Assembly (NCBI GenBank): GCA_021735045.1
Contig: JAIPHU010000002.1
Location: forward strand, 75,006 to 107,005
From: Candidatus Omnitrophota bacterium
GTDB lineage: Bacteria; Omnitrophota; Gorgyraeia; Duberdicusellales; 4484-171
DNA: 32,000 nucleotides
Reading direction: 5' to 3'
Shown here: positions 25,567 through 32,000 of the stretch, in pieces
Layout: every line of letters starts with the position of its first letter
How positions within the stretch are numbered: position 1 is the stretch's first letter
Notes under the pieces: model-generated
What the model saw: the letters and a program-made list of their open reading frames with translations, nothing else
What the model was told of the DNA's origin: nothing
Databases searched by the model: none
Made by a program: the position numbers and the translations under genes

Positions 25567-26351
25567 AGAAAAAAATATTTTTTATCATTGTTAGTTTTTT
25601 TTTAAATATAACGTTTATAGTTTATGCGCAAAATAAAGAAGAAATAATCAGTAAAGCTATAGATAGGTTTGCCAAAGTAAAAAGTTTTCATTTTGATAAA
25701 AAAACAATTACCGGTTCTTTCTCGGTTGCTAAAACAGTGGGGGCTCTTGATTATTTAAGTCAAAAGATGCAAGCAGAAACTACTTCTGATGGTCAACTGA
25801 TAAAAAAGGTTTATAGTAAAGATTCAAAGGTATATATTTATAATGCTATTGCCGATCAATGGTTTAAGATTAACAAGAATAATTACCGTTTTGAACAAGG
25901 GTTTAATAAAGAAAAACTCTTTATATTTTTCAAAAAAGAAGCGGAAAACAATGGTTTTAGGTTGCGGCTGTTAAAAGATCTTTCTGGTCCAGCCAGTAGT
26001 TTTTTTGTTTTAGAGAGTAGAGTTGAGAATCAAGATAAAGCCAAAAGGTATGTGTTGGATAATTTAGATATATTTTTTGGAAACAATCTAAAACAAAAAT
26101 TAAAAGATCAAATAGGTTTATTTGATAGTTATCTTTCCCTTTATACGGATAATTTCCTAAATTTAATTTGGATTTCAAAAAAAGATTTTATTGTCAAGAG
26201 ACGAAAAAAAATATACCAGCAGCCGGTTGGCTCGGGTAGTTTAGTAAAAATAGAAGAAGATATAAAGTATTATGATTTTAACAAGGCATTCAGGTTAAAA
26301 ATTCCTAAAGCTGCTAAAGGAGCTCCAACTATGCCTTATTTTAAAAAATGA
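25563..26351 (+). CDS. Secreted hypothetical protein (signal peptide; possibly LolA/RseB-like fold)
   Basis: A GTGA overlap links it to queC and an ATGA overlap links it to queE. The N-terminal MKKKIFFIIVSFFLNITFIVYA-QN is a signal peptide. No catalytic motif was recognised. Confidence 0.6.
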   Translation: MKKKIFFIIVSFFLNITFIVYAQNKEEIISKAIDRFAKVKSFHFDKKTITGSFSVAKTVGALDYLSQKMQAETTSDGQLIKKVYSKDSKVYIYNAIADQWFKINKNNYRFEQGFNKEKLFIFFKKEAENNGFRLRLLKDLSGPASSFFVLESRVENQDKAKRYVLDNLDIFFGNNLKQKLKDQIGLFDSYLSLYTDNFLNLIWISKKDFIVKRRKKIYQQPVGSGSLVKIEEDIKYYDFNKAFRLKIPKAAKGAPTMPYFKK

Positions 26352-27016
26352 AACTAGCAAAAATCGAGGAAATATTTAAATCTTATCAAGGTGAAGGATT
26401 ATGGCAGGGCAAAGAACAAGTTTTTGTTCGCTTTTTTGGCTGCAACCTAAACTGCAGTTTTTGCGATACAAAACAAGATTCTTACCGATTAATGCAGGTT
26501 AATCAGGTAATTGAGAAAATATATAGTTTTGGCAGTTTTCATTCGGTTTCTTTGACCGGTGGAGAACCATTAATGCAGGTTGATTTCATAGCTGACCTAA
26601 TAAGAGCCTTAAAAGATTTAGGAGAAATTATTTATCTTGAAACAAATGGAGTTTTGTACAAAAAATTAGCTAGAATTATTGATTCGGTTGATATGATTTC
26701 AATGGATTTTAAATTTCCTTCTTCATCAGGTCAACCGCCTTTTTGGGCTATGCACCGGAATTTTATTAAAGTTGCTAAAAGAGCTGATTTATTTATCAAG
26801 GCAGTTATTGGAAGAGACACCACTTTCACAGATTTAGAAGAAGCAATAGCGGTAATTAAAAAAAGTAAACCAAACTTATCTTTGGTCCTGCAGCCGGAGA
26901 ACCCTTACGAAAAAATATTAGAAAAAAAACTTATAGATTTTAAAAAAAAATGCACAGATAGCTCAATTTCTGTTAAAATTGTTCCCCAACTACATAAGAA
27001 ACTAGGAATAAAATGA
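26348..27016 (+). CDS. queE: 7-carboxy-7-deazaguanine synthase (radical SAM)
   Basis: The motif CNLNCSFCDT (Cx3Cx2C) follows FVRFFG, and LTGGEPL is present. The protein is about 220 aa. Confidence 0.85.
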   Translation: MKLAKIEEIFKSYQGEGLWQGKEQVFVRFFGCNLNCSFCDTKQDSYRLMQVNQVIEKIYSFGSFHSVSLTGGEPLMQVDFIADLIRALKDLGEIIYLETNGVLYKKLARIIDSVDMISMDFKFPSSSGQPPFWAMHRNFIKVAKRADLFIKAVIGRDTTFTDLEEAIAVIKKSKPNLSLVLQPENPYEKILEKKLIDFKKKCTDSSISVKIVPQLHKKLGIK

Positions 27017-27849
27017 AAAAAAGTTCTCAGAATATATCAAAAAAAATAAAAAAGCTTGTTGAAAAATCTAGTTTTTCTTTGAGTTACGACGCAAAAAGGC
27101 TTATCAGCCAAGCTTTTCAAGAGGAGAAACAAAAAAGGCCGAAACAAGCTTTAGGCTGGATTCTGGAAAATGCAAAAATTGCAAAAAGAGATAAACTTGC
27201 ATTATGTCAAGATACCGGTTTGCCTATAGTATTTATCGAAGCTGGTAAGAATCAGGAGTTAAGTTATGCTTTAGTTGATAAGATAAAAAAAGAAGTTGCT
27301 AGGTATTATAAAGAAAGTTATTTGCGGCGTTCTATGGTGGACCCGTTATTAAGAAAAAAACCAAACTATAAGGAGGCGATCTGTCATACCCAATTTTTAT
27401 CACAAGTCAAAGGTTTAAAGGTAACCCTTTTTCCGAAAGGTTTTGGTAGTGAAAACAAAACGCAGCTTAAGATGTTTAACCCCACGGTTGATTTTAGCCA
27501 GATAGAGGATTTTATCTTAAATTGCATAAGACAAGCCGGCCCTGAAGCCTGCCCTCCTTTTTTTGTTGGAGTTGGTATTGGAGGAACTTCTGATCAAGCC
27601 CTCCTTTTGGCGAAAAAAGCATTGATTGGCAGAGTTGATAAAGAAAATCCGGACAAGTATTTAGCTAAATTAGAAAAAAAGATAATTAAAAAAATAAATA
27701 AACTTGGTATTGGGCCAATGGGCTTTGGCGGCAAAACCACTGCTTTAGCTGTAAAGATTAAGAAAGAGCCTACTCATATTGCCGGATTGCCGGTAGGAGT
27801 AAATATAAGTTGCCATGCCCTAAGGCGTGCTACTGTGAGGCTAAGATGA
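27013..27849 (+). CDS. Fe-S hydro-lyase alpha subunit (class I fumarate hydratase / tartrate dehydratase type)
   Basis: CQDTGLPIVF and the GVGIGGTSD motif are present. An ATGA overlap links it to queE. Confidence 0.85.
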   Translation: MKKSSQNISKKIKKLVEKSSFSLSYDAKRLISQAFQEEKQKRPKQALGWILENAKIAKRDKLALCQDTGLPIVFIEAGKNQELSYALVDKIKKEVARYYKESYLRRSMVDPLLRKKPNYKEAICHTQFLSQVKGLKVTLFPKGFGSENKTQLKMFNPTVDFSQIEDFILNCIRQAGPEACPPFFVGVGIGGTSDQALLLAKKALIGRVDKENPDKYLAKLEKKIIKKINKLGIGPMGFGGKTTALAVKIKKEPTHIAGLPVGVNISCHALRRATVRLR

Positions 27850-28364
27850 ATGTGATAAAGATGCCGCAAGATAAAAGCAGAATCAAAAAACTAAAAGCTG
27901 GTGATCAACTTTTGTTCTCTGGGATATTTTATACTGCCAGAGACCAGGCTCACCGAAAATTGGTTAAGGCAATTAAAACTAAGAAAAAGTTACCGATTGA
28001 TTTAGATGGTAAAGTTATCTATTATTGCGGACCGACTGAAACCCCTCCGGGCAAAATTATTGGTTCATGTGGCCCAACTACTTCAAGCCGAATGGATTTT
28101 TTTATCGAGCCATTACTTAAAAAAGGTCTTTTGGCAATGGTAGGAAAGGGAGCAAGAAGCCAAACGGTAAAGTTGTTAATAAAAAAGTATAAAGCAGTTT
28201 ATCTTTTAGCTCCTTCTGGATGCGGGGCAATGTTATCTGAATTTGTTTTATCAAAAAAACTTATTTGTTTTCCAGAACTAGGCCCAGAAGCCGTATATCA
28301 ATTAGAAGTTAAAAATTTTCCTTTAATTGTAGGAGTTGATGCAAAAGGAAAAAGTATTTATTAA
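27846..28364 (+). CDS. Fe-S hydro-lyase beta subunit (class I fumarate hydratase type)
   Basis: GIFYTARDQAH, GPTTSSRMD and GKG motifs are present. I prefer the ATG at 27846, which forms an ATGA overlap with the alpha stop, over the upstream ATG at 27810. Confidence 0.85.
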   Translation: MNVIKMPQDKSRIKKLKAGDQLLFSGIFYTARDQAHRKLVKAIKTKKKLPIDLDGKVIYYCGPTETPPGKIIGSCGPTTSSRMDFFIEPLLKKGLLAMVGKGARSQTVKLLIKKYKAVYLLAPSGCGAMLSEFVLSKKLICFPELGPEAVYQLEVKNFPLIVGVDAKGKSIY

Positions 28365-28395
28365 ATTTTAAATATTATCTAAAAAAGGAGATAAG

Positions 28396-29121
28396 ATGCG
28401 AGATAATGGGCGTAAGCCAGATCAGCTTAGAGATATTAAAGTTGAAAGAAAATTTATAAAATATGCACAGGGATCTTGTTTGATTCAGAAAGGCAACACC
28501 AAAGTTATCTGTGCAGCAAACCTTGAAAAAAAAGTACCTTTTTTTCTTAAAGGATCAAATTCTGGTTGGATAAAAGCTGAATACAGGATGTTGCCTGCCT
28601 CTACAGAAAACCGAATTCCCCGAGATAGAATATCGGGCCGGACTATGGAGATCCAAAGGCTGATTGCTAGATCTTTAAGAAGTGCAGTTGATCTTGATAA
28701 ATTAGGTGAAAAGACAATTAGAGTTGATTGTGATGTTATTCAAGCCGATGGTGGCACCAGGACAACTTCTATCGTAGGGGGCTTTATTGCTTTGATTGAT
28801 TGTTTGAACTGTCTTAACAAGCGCAATGAAATTGATTCGATTCCGATCAACTACCTTCTGGGAGCAACTAGCGTCGGATTATCTAAAGACCAATACCTTC
28901 TGGATTTAGATTATAACGAGGATTCTCAAGCAGATGTTGATATGAATGTGGTAATGAACTCGGAAGAAAATTTTATTGAAATCCAAGGTACTGGAGAAAA
29001 TAGCACTTTTTCTCAAAAAGATTTAGATGCTTTGCTTAAGCTAGCTAAAAAGGGAATAGGCGAAATAATCAACTACCAACGAAATTTATTCAAAGATATA
29101 ATAGAGTTGTACGTTAAGTAA
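28396..29121 (+). CDS. rph: Ribonuclease PH
   Basis: RPDGRKPDQLR-like start (RDNGRKPDQLRDIKV), SGRTMEIQRLI and DCDVIQADGGTRT motifs are present. An AAGGAG Shine-Dalgarno sequence is present. Confidence 0.93.
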   Translation: MRDNGRKPDQLRDIKVERKFIKYAQGSCLIQKGNTKVICAANLEKKVPFFLKGSNSGWIKAEYRMLPASTENRIPRDRISGRTMEIQRLIARSLRSAVDLDKLGEKTIRVDCDVIQADGGTRTTSIVGGFIALIDCLNCLNKRNEIDSIPINYLLGATSVGLSKDQYLLDLDYNEDSQADVDMNVVMNSEENFIEIQGTGENSTFSQKDLDALLKLAKKGIGEIINYQRNLFKDIIELYVK

Positions 29122-29131
29122 GGTGATTTAG

Positions 29132-29725
29132 GTGCGCTTGATTATTGCAACTAAAAATAAATCAAAGATGCGGGAGATAAGAAATATTCTATCAACTACT
29201 CCTTTTAAAATAGTTTCGCTTGATGATTTATCAGAAGAATTTAAGATAGAAGAAGATGGAAAGACTTTTTATGAAAATGCAAAAAAGAAGGCTTTAACTG
29301 TTTCACAAGTTTATAAAGACGACTATGTAGTTGGGGAAGATTCAGGCCTTGAAGTTGAACATTTAGGTAAGGAGCCCGGGGTTTATTCTAAGCGATATAG
29401 CGGAAAAGACGCGACTGCCTTAAAAAATAATTATAAATTACTTGATAAATTAAAAAACGTATCCATGGATAAACGAGAAGCAAGCTTTATTTCGTATTTA
29501 GTTTTAGCCAGGAATAATAAAGAAATAGCAAAATTTCAAGGAAAGCTGGAAGGTTTCATCTACGATAAATTGATAGGTAACCAAGGGTTTGGATATGACC
29601 CACTTTTTTTTCTACCTGAATTTAACAAAACAGTAGCACAATTAGAGCCAGCTCAGAAGGATAAGGTAAGCCATAGATTTAAAGCTTTTATAAAACTAAA
29701 AGAATTTTTTCGAGAAAACATTTGA
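29132..29725 (+). CDS. rdgB: dITP/XTP pyrophosphatase (Ham1/RdgB)
   Basis: The gene has a GTG start with an AAGGTGA Shine-Dalgarno sequence. IATKNKSKMREI, EDSGLEV, GFGYDPLF and SHRFKA motifs are present. It forms the conserved rph-rdgB pair. Confidence 0.9.
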   Translation: MRLIIATKNKSKMREIRNILSTTPFKIVSLDDLSEEFKIEEDGKTFYENAKKKALTVSQVYKDDYVVGEDSGLEVEHLGKEPGVYSKRYSGKDATALKNNYKLLDKLKNVSMDKREASFISYLVLARNNKEIAKFQGKLEGFIYDKLIGNQGFGYDPLFFLPEFNKTVAQLEPAQKDKVSHRFKAFIKLKEFFRENI

Positions 29726-29750
29726 CATTTTATCAATTAACGCTTATTTT
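29722..29750 (+). promoter_or_regulatory. Promoter candidate overlapping the rdgB stop codon
   Basis: TTGACA (29722-29727, containing the rdgB TGA), a 17-nt spacer, then TATTTT (29745-29750). An ATG lies 9 nt downstream. Confidence 0.4.
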
Positions 29751-29759
29751 AATAAAGTT

Positions 29760-29840
29760 ATGCCACAAAAAAGAAAACGTAAAATTAGATGGCGCAGAAG
29801 GAAAAAAAAGCATAAAGGTACAAAACCAAATCTAGGGTAG
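29760..29840 (+). CDS. Candidate 26-aa highly basic peptide (MPQKRKRKIRWRRRKKKHKGTKPNLG), not in the ORF track
   Basis: Translated by hand. 14 of 26 residues are K or R. The ORF has no Shine-Dalgarno sequence but lies immediately after the promoter-like element. It sits in a 152-nt gap otherwise left unexplained. Confidence 0.35.
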   Translation: MPQKRKRKIRWRRRKKKHKGTKPNLG

Positions 29841-29877
29841 TTTTAACCGTCCTGGCCTTTAATTTCCTTAAAAAGCT

Positions 29878-30507
29878 ATGAAAATGTTTCAAAGAATACG
29901 AGAAGATATTGAAAATACTTTTCGTGAAGATCCAGCTGCACGAACTGTCGCTGAGATAATTTTTTGTTATCCCGGGCTTCATGCTATTTGGCTTCACAGA
30001 ATATCCCATTGGATATGGAAGAAGGATTTTAAGACTCTGGCTCGTCTAATATCCCATTTTGGAAGATTTTCTACAGGAATAGAGATCCATCCTGGCGCTA
30101 AGATTGGCAGACGCTTTTTTATTGACCATGGTATGGGGGTAGTAATCGGAGAGACAACTAAGGTTGGAGATGATGTTTTAATCTATCAAGGAGTTGTCTT
30201 AGGAGGTGTTTCAAGCAAGCGAACCAAAAGGCATCCAACTATTGGTGATGAGGTAGTCGTTGGTGCTGGTGCTACACTTCTTGGCCCGATAAAAGTAGGA
30301 GATAAGGCTCGAATTGGAGCCGGATCTGTTGTTATCAGCGATGTTCCTCAAGAAGCTACGGTTGTGGGGGTTCCCGGCAGGGCAGTGTTGCCTTCGCCAA
30401 GAAAAAAAGTAAGCGGTATAGAACTAGATCATAACAAATTACCTGATCCGGTAATTGAAGTGTTGCATAGATTAGAAAAAAGAATTGAAAAATTAGAAGG
30501 AGAATAA
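29878..30507 (+). CDS. cysE: Serine O-acetyltransferase
   Basis: The N-terminal [26 protein letters not shown] motif is present, together with hexapeptide repeats ([22 protein letters not shown]). Confidence 0.9.
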   Translation: MKMFQRIREDIENTFREDPAARTVAEIIFCYPGLHAIWLHRISHWIWKKDFKTLARLISHFGRFSTGIEIHPGAKIGRRFFIDHGMGVVIGETTKVGDDVLIYQGVVLGGVSSKRTKRHPTIGDEVVVGAGATLLGPIKVGDKARIGAGSVVISDVPQEATVVGVPGRAVLPSPRKKVSGIELDHNKLPDPVIEVLHRLEKRIEKLEGE

Positions 30508-30508
30508 G

Positions 30509-31420
30509 ATGAGAGTTTTGGTGACTGGTGCTGCAGGCTTTATTGGTTCAAATGTTGTCAACTATCTAGAATCAAAATCAATAGATACTGTTGCCTTTGA
30601 TAATTTTTCTCATAGCGACTACCGCAATCTTCTAAATACTAATGCTGAAATAATTTGTGGAGATGTAACCGATAAAGATTTTTCGAAAAATATTCCTAAA
30701 GTAGATGCCGTTATCCATGAGGCAGCAATCACTGATACGACTTTAGCTGATGATGCTAAAATGGTGCGAGTAAATTATAATGGATTTAGAAATATTTTTG
30801 ATTTTTCTGTTGAGAAAAAAATTCCTTTGGTTTATGCATCAAGCGCTGGGGTGTATGGCAAGGCAGAGAAAAAAATGTCAGAAGAGCAAGAAGTTACTCC
30901 GCATAACACTTATGCTTACTCAAAATATTTATGTGATTGTTGGGTTAATAAATATTTACAAAAGAACAAAACTCCGCCGATTGTGGGATTGAGATATTTT
31001 AATGTTTATGGGCCGGGTGAAGCTCATAAAAAAAAGGCAGCTAGTATGATTTTTCAACTATACAATCAAATGATCGAAAATAAAAACCCTCGTATTTTTA
31101 AATTTGGCCAGCAAAAAAGAGATTTTATCTATGTTAAGGATGTTGCCAGAATTACCGCTGATGCGATTAATTTAGATAGATCAGTTATATCTAACGTTGG
31201 TACTGGCGAGCCGAGAACTTTTAAAGATATTATCTCGATACTAAATAAACTACTTAAGACAGAGCTAAAGCCTGAATATATTGATAACCCCTATAGCGAA
31301 GTTTATCAAAACTACACAGAGGCTGATAGCTCAAAGCTAACGAAAATTCTAAAAACAGAAGCTGATTATTCGCTTGAAGAAGGCATTAAAGATTATTTAG
31401 AAAACTATCTAAAAAAATAA
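30509..31420 (+). CDS. hldD: ADP-L-glycero-D-manno-heptose 6-epimerase-like SDR epimerase
   Basis: VTGAAGFIGSN, YASSAGVYG, YAYSK and RYFNVYGPGEAHKKKAASM motifs are present and collinear with E. coli RfaD/HldD as I recall it. Confidence 0.75.
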   Translation: MRVLVTGAAGFIGSNVVNYLESKSIDTVAFDNFSHSDYRNLLNTNAEIICGDVTDKDFSKNIPKVDAVIHEAAITDTTLADDAKMVRVNYNGFRNIFDFSVEKKIPLVYASSAGVYGKAEKKMSEEQEVTPHNTYAYSKYLCDCWVNKYLQKNKTPPIVGLRYFNVYGPGEAHKKKAASMIFQLYNQMIENKNPRIFKFGQQKRDFIYVKDVARITADAINLDRSVISNVGTGEPRTFKDIISILNKLLKTELKPEYIDNPYSEVYQNYTEADSSKLTKILKTEADYSLEEGIKDYLENYLKK

Positions 31421-31421
31421 C

Positions 31422-31450
31422 TTGACAAAAAACCGAATATATTGTACAAC
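31422..31450 (+). promoter_or_regulatory. Promoter candidate for the rRNA operon
   Basis: TTGACA (31422-31427), a 17-nt spacer, then TACAAC (31445-31450). The element lies about 100 nt upstream of the 16S 5' end and starts 1 nt after the hldD stop. Confidence 0.4.
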
Positions 31451-31553
31451 TAGTTTTGCCTATAAATGGAATGGGATCAAACTTCTTAAAAAAATAATAA
31501 ATAAAAAGGCAAAGAACGAAAGTTTTTTGTCTTTTTTGTTCTCTGAAAAAAAG

Positions 31554-32000
<447 letters not shown>

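Overview
This window is AT-rich (about one-third G+C by eye) and very gene-dense. It ends in the 5' part of a 16S rRNA gene whose sequence around the 341-357 region (CTGCAGTCGAGAATCTTTCCCAATGGGCGAAAGCC) looks PVC-superphylum-like. That suggests a small-genome Omnitrophota-type organism, but this is inference only. About 40 protein genes lie on the + strand, many with 4-nt ATGA/GTGA start-stop overlaps. They encode housekeeping functions: ackA (5' partial), panD, def, trxB, hisF-hisI-trpE, rpsP, yajC-secDF, a shortened mfd, surA-like-pdxA-rsmA, an NSS transporter, a class-A beta-lactamase-like hydrolase, yggT, a ptsN-like/CBS/CPA2-antiporter/glgC operon, mgtE, an amidase, murI, queD-queC-X-queE, two-subunit class I fumarase, rph-rdgB, cysE and hldD. 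There is one tRNA-Glu(CUC). I saw no transposase, integrase, CRISPR array or recognisable defence system. The items most worth a second look are: (1) the only minus-strand coding island, three tiny hydrophobic peptide ORFs, two of which share an SPWF motif; (2) a dense TACGAAT/ATTCGTA heptamer array at 2791-2877; (3) an unannotated 26-aa extremely basic ORF behind a TTGACA promoter just before cysE; (4) a PtsN-like EIIA + CBS-pair + RCK-less CPA2 antiporter module; (5) a secreted protein of unknown function translationally coupled inside the preQ0 (queDCE) operon; (6) an Mfd lacking most of its N-terminal and C-terminal modules; (7) an S16 with a roughly 100-aa K/E/P tail containing perfect 12-nt tandem repeats. 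All function calls come from motifs I recognised in the supplied translations. No database search was run.
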